Source of the DNA: Octopus bimaculoides
Lineage: Eukaryota
Length of the DNA: 64,000 nucleotides
Assembly (NCBI RefSeq): GCF_001194135.2
Contig: NC_068993.1
Location: 34,744,777-34,808,776, forward strand
Direction: 5' to 3'
Shown here: positions 13,621-25,851 of the stretch, one piece after another
Numbering within the stretch: position 1 is the first letter of the stretch
Layout of the letters: the number at the start of each line of letters is the position of its first letter
Translations under genes and position numbers: made by a program
The notes under the pieces: model-generated
What the model saw: only the letters and a program-made list of their open reading frames with translations
Told to the model about the DNA's origin: nothing
Database searches by the model: none

Positions 13621-14010
13621 ATCAAGTACTATTATCTTTATTATTTTACAATATATATAACATGCGGTATAATTATAAGCAGGATAAATTTTAGCTAATT
13701 CACCGCGGACTGAAAAAAAAATGATGAACAACCTTAATCGATTTTCGAACCTTATTAGGTTCTCATCAGAGACGTCTACACCATTCTGACAGCCTCCAGC
13801 GCAGCAAGCAGCCAAAGTGTTTACATACTCAACAAATGCAGTCTATGAAGGAATCCCTAATTTGCATAGCGACAGTGTTTAACACTCTATAAATACCAGC
13901 GGCCTGTCAACAGGAATCTTAGTCTACACAGAATCAAGGTATGATATAATAAATATGTAACATATGGCATAATTATAAACAGGACAAATTTTAGCTATTT
14001 CTCCGCAGAC
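13621..14010. repeat. Imperfect direct repeat with ~300-nt period flanking the hammerhead
   Basis: AATTATAAGCAGGATAAATTTTAGCTAATTCACCGCGGAC (13671-13710) vs AATTATAAACAGGACAAATTTTAGCTATTTCTCCGCAGAC (13971-14010), offset exactly 300. Confidence 0.75.
13731..13773 (-). ncRNA. Type I hammerhead ribozyme (minimal)
   Basis: GUCU-CUGAUGA-GAACC-UAAUAA-GGUUC-GAAA-AUCGAUU-A-AGGU. Intact core, perfect 5-bp stem II, palindromic stem III AAUCGAUU; stem I is 2 WC + 2 GU pairs. Confidence 0.7.
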
Positions 14011-14017
14011 ATGTATA

Positions 14018-14222
14018 TTCTTTTATTTGTATCTGTCATTTGACTGCGGCCGTGCTGGGGCACCGACTTCAAATGTTTTAGTCGAACAAATCGACCCAGG
14101 TCTAATTTCTTAAGCCTACTACTTATTGTGTTGGTCCTTTTAACAAACTGCTAATCGCGGATACGTAAACACACCAACACCAGTTGTCAAGCGGTGAGTG
14201 GATGGCAAACAAATACACAAAG

Positions 14223-14268
<46 letters not shown>

Positions 14269-14373
14269 GTACGACGGGCTTCTTTGAGTTTCCGTTAACC
14301 AAATTCACTCACAAGTATTTGATCGGACCGAGGCTATAGTAGATGACACTTGCTCAAGGTAGCATGTGGTTAG
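14018..14373 (-). mobile_element. CORE-type SINE family 2
   Basis: GACTGCGGCCGTGCTGGGGCACC..TTGTCAAGCG..(CA)n..ACGACGGGCTTCTTT..GACACTTGCTCAAGG (CORE-like), truncated by a gap. Confidence 0.75.
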
Positions 14374-14635
14374 NNNNNNNNNNNNNNNNNNNNNNNNNNN
14401 NNNNNNNNNNNNNNNNNNNNNNNNNNNNNNNNNNNNNNNNNNNNNNNNNNNNNNNNNNNNNNNNNNNNNNNNNNNNNNNNNNNNNNNNNNNNNNNNNNNN
14501 NNNNNNNNNNNNNNNNNNNNNNNNNNNNNNNNNNNNNNNNNNNNNNNNNNNNNNNNNNNNNNNNNNNNNNNNNNNNNNNNNNNNNNNNNNNNNNAGCGAG
14601 CAAGACATATGGACAGATGCAAAATATAAAGAATT

Positions 14636-14698
14636 AATCATGGACTGGTTTCGTTAACAAATTACTTACATAATTGTCTGTAACTCTTCAGTATGATC
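14636..14698 (-). ncRNA. Type I hammerhead ribozyme (left arm copy, two substitutions)
   Basis: GAUCAUA-CUGAAGA-GUUA...UAAC-GAAA-CCAGU-C-CAUGAUU. Stem III palindrome broken, first stem I pair mismatched. Confidence 0.65.
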
Positions 14699-15037
14699 GT
14701 TTTTTTCAATATAATTTGTGGAACTATACACGAGCCGTCCGATTGAGATTGGACATGTATATAGTTCTACTAATTACATTGGGGTTATATTTCAAATGTC
14801 TTCGTTTTGGCGCGCCAAATACTGGAAATAATTCTGCAGAAAATAATTCATTGAAGTCAATTTTGCCGGTTAGAGAACATAGTCATTTAAATTTAAATAA
14901 TAAGGGTGGCAAATAATAAGGCGCACCAAAACGAAGATATTTGAAATATAACCCCAATGTAATTAGTAGAACTATATACATGTCTAATCTCATGCAAACG
15001 TTTCGTGTATAATTCTACAAATCATATTGAAAAGAGC

Positions 15038-15100
15038 GATCATACTGAAGAGTTACAGAAAATTATGTAAGTAATTTGTTAACGAAACCGGTCTATGATT
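15038..15100 (+). ncRNA. Type I hammerhead ribozyme, apparently intact
   Basis: GAUCAUA-CUGAAGA-GUUACAGAAAAUUAU-GUAA-GUAAUUUGUUAAC-GAAA-CCGGU-C-UAUGAUU. 7-bp stem I, full core, extended stem II capped by GUAA, palindromic stem III ACCGGU, GUC triplet. Predicted cut 15093/15094. Confidence 0.85.
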
Positions 15101-15935
15101 AATTCTTTATATTGTGTATCTTTTCATTTGTCTTGCTAGCTTATGTTCTGGTATTTGCTGAATATTCTTGAGAAAATTCTCCTTAGTGGTCAGACCGTAG
15201 CTGGTCTTCTTCTAGCAAAAGAAATGTTCACTTAGTGGTTATCCCTCTTATATGTTATATATATATANNNNNNNNNNNNNNNNNNNNNNNNNNNNNNNNN
15301 NNNNNNNNNNNNNNNNNNNNNNNNNNNNNNNNNNNNNNNNNNNNNNNNNNNNNNNNNNNNNNNNNNNNNNNNNNNNNNNNNNNNNNNNNNNNNNNNNNNN
15401 NNNNNNNNNNNNNNNNNNNNNNNNNNNNNNNNNNNNNNNNNNNNNNNNNNNNNNNNNNNNNNNNNNNNNNNNNNNNNNNNNNNNNNNNNNNNNNNNNNNN
15501 NNNNNNNNNNNNNNNNNNNNNNNNNNNNNNNNNNNNNNNNNNNNNNNNNNNNNNNNNNNNNNNNNNNNNNNNNNNNNNNNNNNNNNNNNNNNNNNNNNNN
15601 NNNNNNNNNNNNNNNNNNNNNNNNNNNNNNNNNNNNNNNNNNNNNNNNNNNNNNNNNNNNNNNNNNNNNNNNNNNNNNNNNNNNNNNNNNNNNNNNNNNN
15701 NNNNNNNNNNNNNNNNNNNNNNNNNNNNNNNNNNNNNNNNNNNNNNNNNNNNNNNNNNNNNNNNNNNNNNNNNNNNNNNNNNNNNNNNNNNNNNNNNNNN
15801 NNNNNNNNNNNNNNNNNNNNNNNNNNNNNNNNNNNNNNNNNNNNNNNNNNNNNNNNNNNNNNNNNNNNNNNNNNNNNNNNNNNNNNNNNNNNNNNNNNNN
15901 NNNNNNNNNNNNNNNNNNNNNNNNNNNNNNNNNNN

Positions 15936-15975
<40 letters not shown>

Positions 15976-16457
15976 TGTGTGTGTTCGTGTGTGTTTCTCT
16001 ATGTGTATGCATATAATTTCATATGCATATGCTTCAATAATTCAAATGTTCCTTTACTGATTAACGACCGCGTTCCGTTAGAAACGGCTGGTTTCCCCTC
16101 TCGTTATCCTACTCTCTTACCTCCCATTTTACACATAAATCACTCCGGTAATAGTTCTTCTTTTGACTGCCACGAGCATCTCGCCTGACAGTTAAGTTTG
16201 GCATGTCTCGACAACAAAACAGGATTACCTATAAAGCATGCCATTATTAGAGTAATGCACATTCTCTTGTGTTTTGACGCTATTTTTCTAACTTCATTCA
16301 AGTTAATGTTTATATCCGACTTTACGTGGATGACTTGTTAGAAGGCTGAATACTGTTGTATTCGCCTTGAGAAGTGCTCTTATATAGACGCATGGTGCAT
16401 AAAAGCACAAACATATATCATGGCGGATGAGAATCGTTTGATATGGATGCTGGAAGT

Positions 16458-16499
16458 ACCAGAACATGTGATTTCAGTATACTGTACTTCTTCAGTGGC
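16458..16499 (-). ncRNA. Candidate type I hammerhead ribozyme
   Basis: GCCA-CUGAAGA-AGUA-CAGUA-UACU-GAAA-UCACAUGUU-C-UGGU. Core, 4-bp stem II and 4-bp stem I present; stem III poorly formed. Confidence 0.4.
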
Positions 16500-18160
16500 G
16501 AACGCCCAGGGGCCACATACCAACCAGGTGTCGCTGCCACGATATATAGAGTATCAGTATCTGTTAATATACCGATAACACAAACAGCCGCCAAGCTTTA
16601 ATTTTTTATAACCATTTATACCAGTTGCTATAAATAGTTAGCTGAAAAATCTCCTAGGGGAAGCCAATAAATTCAAATTAAATAAATCAATCGATCTATA
16701 TTATGAGCAACTGTTCCAGGATAATTGTCATGAACTAAAACATTTAGGGATAATGCCGCTCCGAAAATAACATCGCGAAGTAATTTTGAATAAGATGATG
16801 GATATGATCGTGCACAGAAGTGAACACTGTGTTGAAAGTATATATGCAATTTGTGCGTGTATATGCATGAGTGCGTGTGTATTCATATGCAATTTATTTC
16901 GCATTAACATAAGAGAGTTGGGTGTACATAATAAAGCTACGAATATACAAGCTAGTCAGCATTCAGAAGTATTTATACAGAGTGCGCATGCATCTCTGAC
17001 ATAACGATTCATGAAATACGTGCTTTCAATGGAGACTACCTGTAAAAGAATGAAGTTGCTCTCTGGTTACTACAGGAGTAGTATGCCTTATTGGTTGATG
17101 ACAGACTACGAATATGATGCCTTATTCTTTTAGTATAGTGTTGTTGCTTGGATATTTGTTGGCTGGTTTGTGGTGATGATTTGTTTCGTTGATGACAGAA
17201 AACATGTTTCTTGGGTTGTATAAAAAAGTAACCAAACAACACCCGCGAATATTGAACAAAAGATTTATTCATCGCACATGAAGTGAAATTGCGTTGATCT
17301 GTTACAGATAACAACAGCGATAATTACATACTGAGGGAGAAGAAAAAACCGTCCTGCTTTCGAAGAAGTTACTTATGAGACATTGCATGAGTTTTTACTT
17401 CAGCCTATCCAAGAACATGGAGATGTCTGAGCAAATATCTGGAACCGTCTGATGTGGCAAGAATGGGGGCTCATACAGCTAAGTTGCCTTAACATACTGC
17501 AATTAATTACCGCCAAAAGCGACCTTTTATATGACACAAGAAGAAGATTCTAGAAAATTGAATCACACGATGACTCGACACTGATTGGTTACTTAGACCG
17601 ATCACGTGGAGCTGTCATGATGTTTGACCAATGATATAGGGATTCGGTTTTCAATCCCTGCTACAGTATGTAGGTACTATTTATTAAATGAATGTGACTT
17701 TGTGGAAGAGAGAATGTTCAGAAAGCATATGTTAAAATGGCTGGCAAGCGGTATCTAGGTTACTAGGTTGTAGTGTCTGGCTGACGCGCTATGCCGCTGT
17801 CACACTGCTGGTTGCAAGGTCGCCTTGACTGCATAAGTGTCTAGCAACTAAAAAGCGTCACCACTGAGCTGGTGTCGAGCAAGGCTTTTAGTCATTGACA
17901 GACTACAGGCAGCAAGAACTGCTAGATATGTCACTGCTAAAGGCGATTCAATATGTCAATCCATATAGAACTGATCAGTTGTTCATTGGATGGGAATTCA
18001 ATTAAATTGATTCAACCATCGACTATAATAAACAAGAGATGCATGTTCGAATCAGCATAAAATATACTTGAAGATATTCAGGAGAGATTCAGTACATATG
18101 TGTGTATATGTAACATGTGCATGCATGTGTGTCTACATACATGTCTATATATGTAATGGT

Positions 18161-18865
18161 ACAACTCGCTGAGGTTGACTTTGCTTTTCATCCGTCAGGG
18201 GTTGAAAAAAAAAGTACCAATCAAGCACTGGGATCGATGTAATGGACTAGTACCCTTCCACAAAATCTGAGGTCCTGTACCTATAATAGAAAGGATTGTT
18301 GTTACTATTATTACTATGCAGAGACCTGGCAGAATCGTTAACATGCTAAAGGCAGCGAGCTGGCAGAAATGTTAGCACGCTGAGCGAAATGTTTAGCAAT
18401 ATTTTGTCTGCTGTTACGTTCTGAGTTCAATTCCGCCGAGGTCGACTTTGCCTTTCATCCTTTCGGGGTCGATAAATAAAGTACCAGTTACGCACTAGGG
18501 TCGATGTAATCGACTTAATCCCTTTGCATGTCCCTATTTGTCCCCACTATGTTTAGCCCCTTGTGGGCAATAAAGAAATAAGAAACGTTAGCTTAGCGAT
18601 ATTTCGTCTGTCTTTACGTTCTGAGTTCAAATGTCCTTTATCCTTTCGGGTGTCGATACATTAAGTACCAGTTGCGTACTGGGGTCGATCTAATCGACTG
18701 GCTCCCTCCCCAAACATTTCGGGCCTTGTGCCTAGAGGAGAAAAGAATCGTTAACATGCTGGACAAAGTACTCAGTGGCACGTCTTCTGGATTTATGTTC
18801 TGAGTTCAAATTCTGCTGAGGTCAACTTTGCCTTCCATCCTTTCAGGGTCGATATAATAAGTACC
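18161..18865 (+). mobile_element. Head-to-tail cluster of about 4 SINE family 1 copies
   Basis: Repeated CTGAGTTCAA..GAGGTCGACTTTGCCTTTCATCCTTTCGGGGTCGATAAA..AAGTACCAGTT modules at about 18165, 18420, 18620 and 18800. Confidence 0.85.
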
Positions 18866-19129
18866 TTTTAAGCGAATGTAATCCTGAGTTTATTCTTAAT
18901 GTTTCGAAAGTTAACTCCTTTCCTCCGCCAAAGTTGCTAATAATTGCCCTTCTCTAAGAAGAAAAATGTAATGAATTTAGCATATAATATATACGGCATT
19001 CAGTTCACTCCCGATTTTGCTTCTCAAAATTCATGCTACAGTCATTTTTGAGTTATTTTATTTTAGTCTTCTTTCAGCTAGAATTTGGATGCAGAAACAT
19101 ATCACATACACGCCCCCACGACACACACA

Positions 19130-19215
<86 letters not shown>

Positions 19216-19775
19216 TTCTAGTATGGATTTCATCATTAAAACATTAATGTTAAACTAATAAATTTTTAACGGTTTTCCGTTAAATTTGAAATGCATCATA
19301 AGAATTATAGATGTATTGGGTTTGAATTCATTTAAATGAGACCTTAATGAGAAATAAATCGTGGCAAAATGTAATTAAGAATCGTTATTGGTAGACTGGA
19401 AATAAAGATTACTTCAATTTACCAGACACACTCGCTTGTTTTCAAAATCTCTTTCTACCCTTATGAATATCTATGGAAAAGTTAAATTTAACGATTTCTG
19501 GTTTCACCTTGTTTTTAAACTTACTGCGAGCAATTGAAACAACAAGTAAGCCTCTTCATGATGGCTGAATCTGCAAGAAACAGCGACCAAATGGCCTCCA
19601 GTCAACACTGTTATCTTAATAAAGGGTGTAGAGACATAATAAGCATTATAGTACTAGTTACAAGATAGATAAAAGAAGGAATTACCACCGTTAGATTGCC
19701 TTTGATCACGTTTACCCCATCAGGAATGCCAAGGGCTAAAATAACAACAACAATAGTAACAACAACAACTGTAAT

Positions 19776-19937
19776 TTAGGCTCAAGGTCAGCAATTTTGA
19801 GGACCTAGTCGATACCATCGACTTAGGCAACTGCTTGGCACTTTTATTTTATCGAGCCTGAAGGGATGAATGTCAAATTTCAACGAGCAAGAATTGAACT
19901 CAACATATAGAATCGGGAGGAATGCTGCCAAAGCATT
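19776..19937 (-). mobile_element. Degenerate SINE family 1
   Basis: TTTTATCGAGCCTGAAGGGATGAATGTCAAA..GAATTGAACTCA is the reverse complement of the family consensus. Confidence 0.55.
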
Positions 19938-21705
19938 AGTAACAACTTACAACAACGCTTTTCTAATACGGTTACAATGCTTCTTACCTTTATTGTATAC
20001 GATCAACAGACAAATAAAATAAACTGTTACTTCCTTATGAATTCATTAATCTACATTAATATAAATGGCAGTACCGGTTGTGCAGATGGTTAATGTAAAA
20101 GGTCTTTTGTACTATAAAAACATAAAATTCATTGACCTTATTATATTCAATAGTAATTGTTTCATTTATGATAAGATACAAGATGGACGAAAATACATGC
20201 TCTCTGAACAGAGTCAGTAATCTAGTTTCGATTCCATGAGGAGAAAAATTCACTTCCATTATTATGTAGTTAACAGTCTGAAGAACAGCAAAATGATTGT
20301 ACGATCTTTTGTATGTTTGTATCATTGTGTCTTGAAAACATTTCTCTGGCTGTGTATTCTTAAGAATAAGAGATAACTTGAAATACTGAATAGCAATCAG
20401 AAGTAAAAGAAAACAAACTACCCCCTGTAAAAGATAAAAATCTTTTATACCAATGATCCTGCCGAGGCACAACAAAACAAATCACTATTTTTATAATAAA
20501 AAGGAAAGAAAAAATAAGTTATTAAGAAAGGTAAGTCGTTGGATAAACACAAGCACGAATTAGTTTTGAATCTTAATAAATGATTTCACTTAATTTAGAT
20601 AATTAATATCATGACAAGATCCTAGTAAGCTTTTACTTACTCCTATCGAGTAAGTAATGTCAAGGATATTAGAGACCAATTAAAAACGTTTCTACTTAGA
20701 CACGAGAGACTTATACATTGAGTCACGTGAAAACATTTGTAACGTTCAAACCTACAGTGCAGTATAATTTTCAATTAGAATAAAATCAAGACAAATACTA
20801 CAGGAATTTATGCATTATTCATTTATTTATTTTCTTCGGGATGAGAAAGACATAAAAGAGAAGAAAATGCATGAGTGTATACCAGTATTATAAAGTGCAA
20901 TGCAGCATTTACATTCAATAGTAATTATTTCTTTGCTAGTGAGGAGCGCTAAGAAGAAAATGCCAGCTCTCGCTGCTTAGTAACGACGTCTTTTGTCATG
21001 AAGATTTGGCATTGTATTCGAAGCTGGGCTAAAATCTATTGTGTTTATATGTATAAAGATATATTCATGATGTAAAGTGCAATGTTGACAATTACATGAG
21101 AAATGCAAGTAAATAGGATTTGTTTTCTTTTACTTTCAGATTCAATAGAAACAAGTAGTCTTATACTACGATAAATTACAAAATAAACTTATAGATTTGA
21201 AACGGAACAGCACTGTAAATCAACTGAAATTAAATATATTATATTGCATTGTCATAAACGACGGTCTTTTATGTATACGATCTCAGCTTGTACACTAAAT
21301 GAGAGACCAGTGAACTGATTTCAAAGTTCGTTCAGATAGGGAAGCTTAAAAAGAACTGGAGACTGAAACTAGTCTTGTTGAAATTTCCTTTGTGTTTACA
21401 GTGAGAGAGTGTCAAAAAAGACAGTAGTTGTACCTGTATAGTATATTTGGTTGATCTTTAATTCATATACACTCGGAGTGGTGACGCAAATCTATAGATT
21501 TATTCTGTAGTATACTATAAAATGATTGCGTCAGTAATTCATTTAAAGAATTACGTATATCTACGAACGTTGTCTCTGTAATCTAGAATCTAGTCATTTA
21601 GTTAGAAATAAACGTATTATAAACTGTATTTTAAGAACCAGCTGAACACTAGCGTAATTGACTCAGCCTTTCCTGTAAAATAGCTATTTTTATTACCATT
21701 ATTAA

Positions 21706-22219
21706 GTGAGAGAGCAGTGCATGCCATCAAAATGACACTGGGGTAAAATATACGAAGCCCACTCTACCCATCATGACTACTCGTCTGATAAGGGTACATG
21801 CATCGCAACCATATGTGTGCGAGAAGGTGATCTTATGTCAAGATAAACAGCGCATGTTCTTGCAGATATGGCCCAGTTAGGATTTTCTTCGGGTTGCCCA
21901 TCCCACTTAAATGGTCCCTAAGTAAGAGTTGTTTAAGGATGTCGAATGCAACACCCAAGTTTCCAGAAATGAATTAACCAAACTCCAAAGACTTCCTCTC
22001 AACACATGGCTATGATGCTCCCCCACTACTTCTGCTTGTGATCAGAGATGCACATATTGTCAGACAGTAAGGGACAAGCTTAACTGATTAAGGTCAAACA
22101 ACTGACAAACAAATCTGTGGTATTGAGCAGAATATTTGCTGTAGCCCATCTTTTATTCCAAAGCAAAGCATGTACATGTGATCAGAAGCCATGAGAGCCA
22201 CTGCCTGGTACTGCATCAG
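21706..22219. repeat. ~540-bp interspersed repeat, copy 2
   Basis: GAGAGCAGTGCATGCCATCAAAATGACACTGGGG...GAGAGCCACTGCCTGGTACTGCATCA, then (TTA)n. Confidence 0.85.
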
Positions 22220-22255
<36 letters not shown>

Positions 22256-22257
<2 letters not shown>

Positions 22258-24480
22258 TTAATTGACTTTTTGCTTTGTACTTGTACAAGCTGGCTACAAG
22301 TCTCACCCAGAGACCTCAAGAGATTACAAGTTACAAGTTCAAATTGTTGTTATGCCTCGGGTATCATATATTTGGTTATGCACATAGTATTGTTCCAGAG
22401 AATATTTAAGAAAACATAAGAAAATTATAAGTTTGTTTTAAAATTTGAGATTACACAGACAGTATTTTACATAGGATATGAGCAGTTCCTAAGAGCACTA
22501 TCTTTTGAATTTCTGCCATTTGGGGATTTCTTGGTATCTGAGCTAGGTAGAAATCAGCCCCTTTTGCTATCATTCCTAGGGCACCTATGACAACAAGTAT
22601 TGTTTTAACTTTGAGGTTCCACATGTTGCCAATTTCTATTTCAAGATCCTTGTACTTGCTCAGTTTTTGGTAGGTCTTGGCAGATACATTTATGTCGATT
22701 AGGACATATCAATGAGGTGGCATGATTTTTGTCTGAAGTCTTTCAATATAATCTCTAGCTGGTCTTTACAACCATTGGACCCACGTTTAAATCCTTTTTC
22801 TCATTCAGTCAGGACAGATGTTAGCGTTTTATATTGTTAAGCAGGTTATGGGTCTATAATTTTTTGGTTCATTTCTTTCTTCATTTTTGGAAGTAGGAAT
22901 GTAACTAGCCAAGAAGGAATCATACTAGGTTGTTGCAAAACATTGTTGTAAAGTTTTGTTAGCTCTTCATGACTCTCTGGGAAGGCATTCAACCAGAAAT
23001 TAGGAATTTTGTCCTTTCCTTGAGACTTCCATTTACTTGACTCCTTGAGAGCAGATCATACATCCTCTACCTTGATACTCTCCCACTCTTGCTCTTTTAA
23101 GGAGTCTAAGTCAGCAGATATTCTATCTATCCATTTTATTGTGTGTTTTTTGTTCTGCCCAAATTTTATTCCAAAATTCCTGTACTCCTTTTGGTGAGAC
23201 AGATTTTTCTGTAACTGGTATTTTCCCTATATTCTTGTATCAATGTTTGGATTAATTTTGAACATTTTGTTGTCCTTGAAGAATCTAACGCACTTTTCAT
23301 ACTGTGCTATGCGGGCAGCTTTAGCACATTCCTTTTTCTTGAAAGTTTCTATGGTGGTATCGATGTCAAGCATGGGTTTCATATTATACTTTTTCTTTAA
23401 TTCTCGAATTTTTGTTGGTTTGATACTCTTGTCAAACTTCAGGCTTTTTAAATATTGTATGTCAGACCTAAGTAGCTGAATTTGGTGTTGAATACGCTCT
23501 TTCCAAGAAGGCTTTTTGTGGGAATGTTGTCGCTTTCTAATCTTTTCACCACATAGAATCATTGAGATTTTCACGGATGCATAGTACAGGTGGCTGAGAT
23601 CTGTATTATCAGCATCATTAGCAAAAATTATATCCTTAAGTGCAAAGCGGATTTTACCAATTACTTTCAGGTTTTGGTTAGAGTTGCGAACTTTTGGGAA
23701 AGTGTCACATTCATTCATACCAGTTTTCCTTAATTTTCAGCCATTCAATTATCATTTAATTGTTTAGATCATTTAGTTCGGTTGGGTCAATTTCTGTGTC
23801 ACTTTCTTCATCTATTTGATTTTCATCTGCCTTGGTGTCAATGGATGTTTCAGAGAGTATTTCACTTTGCTTATCAGTTACATTAGCTCTTTCTATCATA
23901 ACTGCATTTTCATCAGACCTGAGCAGGTCTATAGTTATTTCCTCTGTAGTATCTTCTTTAGCTGCAATTTCGTTCCCTTTTTTCCTTACTGATTGTTTAA
24001 TTTGGTCATAATGTTTCTTCTGGCGTTGGCAAATTTGTTACTGTCTATGTAGGGTCTTAGTTCAAGGAGCTTATATCTCCAGTTCAGTATGAGATTTATT
24101 TGTAAGGAAATATATGGCATGATAGAAGACCTTAATAACTTCTTTATTATCTCCCCTAGACCATTCTTCGTTGTTTTTTTTAGGGGGAGTTGACGACGAG
24201 CTTGGATAGTGATCTGTTGGAGTATTCCGGTTGTGGGGTACTTCCAGCTCCTGTGTATCAGGAAGATTTGAACCAGTAGCTGAGTTTTCGTACTCAGCCT
24301 GGTTCCTCACTGGGGTACGCGGCCCTTGTTGATGCGGGTGACGGCGATTCGGTTTGTATTTTGCTTTGTTATCACTGAGGCATGACGAGCTTTGATGTTG
24401 ATATTAGGGGACGATCTGTCTGTTTAGAGCCAAGTTTTTGAGACAAAACCGCCTCCGAGTTCTCTGAATGAAAACATTGC
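22256..24480 (-). mobile_element. R4/Dong-clade non-LTR retrotransposon with internal deletion of most of RT
   Basis: Minus strand: N-terminal KKPSWKERIQHQIQLLRSDI, RT start (KDKIPNFWLNAF..PKNYRPITCL), then directly the restriction-like endonuclease (IILKDFRQKSCHLIDMS..KLSKYKDLEIEIGNMWNLKVKTILVVIGALG..IQKIVLLGTAHIL). 3' UTR ends in a (TAA)n tail. Confidence 0.85.
24042..24042. other. No separate feature (position lies inside the R4/Dong element already listed)
   Basis: Covered by the 22256-24480 entry. Confidence 0.05.
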
Positions 24481-25039
24481 TCTTAACGTAGCTTCTTAAG
24501 GCTAACAGATCTGTATTCATCTGTATTTATTTTTTTTGTTGATAGATTTATCTCCGGGCATAGTTTTTTGTGGTATTTTTAAACTTATGAATTGTTGACT
24601 CTGTCTGCGTTAAATCAAACAATAAAAAAATTAAAAATTGTTTTGTTATATTTTTTATTTCGTTTGTGAAATTTCACGTAGTTGTGCAAACATTGGAATG
24701 TATATGTAGTCCTATGGGTACTAAAATGCATATATTGTTGTGTAAACATTCGAGTGTATGTGTAATTAATCAAGCTACGTACTTACTGTTTTGTTCCACT
24801 TATATTTTATAATTTGTAAACTTTCCGATGTTGATTTCGCGTGTGTCTTTCGCATATGTTTCACTGAGACATCGTTCATGGCAGAAATTCTGCTTTGTAT
24901 GGCAGTGAAATTTCCTTTTTGTGATTATTTTCGTTAAAAGGCCGCTTCCTCCAAGTCTTCTAATGGCTCCTTTATCCCATTCTACCGATGTTATTATATT
25001 AGATTTGTTTTTGAATGGCGATCACGGTGTAGCACATTA

Positions 25040-25171
<132 letters not shown>

Positions 25172-25690
25172 ATATTCATGCTATACACGAATGTTTTACA
25201 TCCGGAATCAATATCCTTGATACCATGTCGCGACAAGTTTCCTTAAATATTGAGGATCTTTCTTACAATAGTGCTGATTTCTGTATTAATGCATTAATGC
25301 AACTTCTTGTAGTTACAGCAATCTCAACAAGAGAGCTATTCATTCTGTTGGTGGCGGTACCTTTAACAACTGGGATGACTTTTGTAGAAATTTTCCACAG
25401 TCGTCGTATTTCCCTAGCCAAATCCTGGTATTTTCCTATTTTCTCCTGTTCTTTAACTTCTGTATTCATGTCCTCAGGTATAGCCACATCTATGACGGTG
25501 CACTGCTTTCTTACTTTGTCAAGAACCATAATATCTGATCTCCTGGTATGAATTCTGAGATCAGTCTGCACGTTAAAATCCGATAAGATCTTCTATTATC
25601 CGTTTTTAATTACACTTTCTGGTTCATGGTCTTACCATCTTCCTACTTTAAATCCTCTTTGCCGTATCATGCCAACAAAGAGCTTCTATG
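25172..25690 (-). mobile_element. Second R4/Dong-clade 3' fragment (restriction-like endonuclease)
   Basis: RRSDIMVLDKVRKQCTVIDVAIPED..KEQEKIGKYQDLAREIRRLWKISTKVIPVV (25263-25571), followed by a (TAC)n(TAA)n tail. Confidence 0.85.
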
Positions 25691-25851
25691 GTGATCATTT
25701 GGCCCTGTAGAAATAACATAAATTTCCTTCCATCGCAACCTACCATTTTAAAAGTGATTATATCTAATGCTATATTAGATATTGTTGTTTTAATATACGA
25801 TAACTGAATAAAAACAGAAAAGGATCACGGTTGACCTGAAGTTAAATAATC

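Larger units (their letters stand above)
14595..15142. repeat. Fold-back element: ~220-bp inverted arms, 103-bp spacer
   Basis: 14595-14816 is the reverse complement of 14920-15142; inner ends GGCGCGCC and GGCGCACC. Confidence 0.9.
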
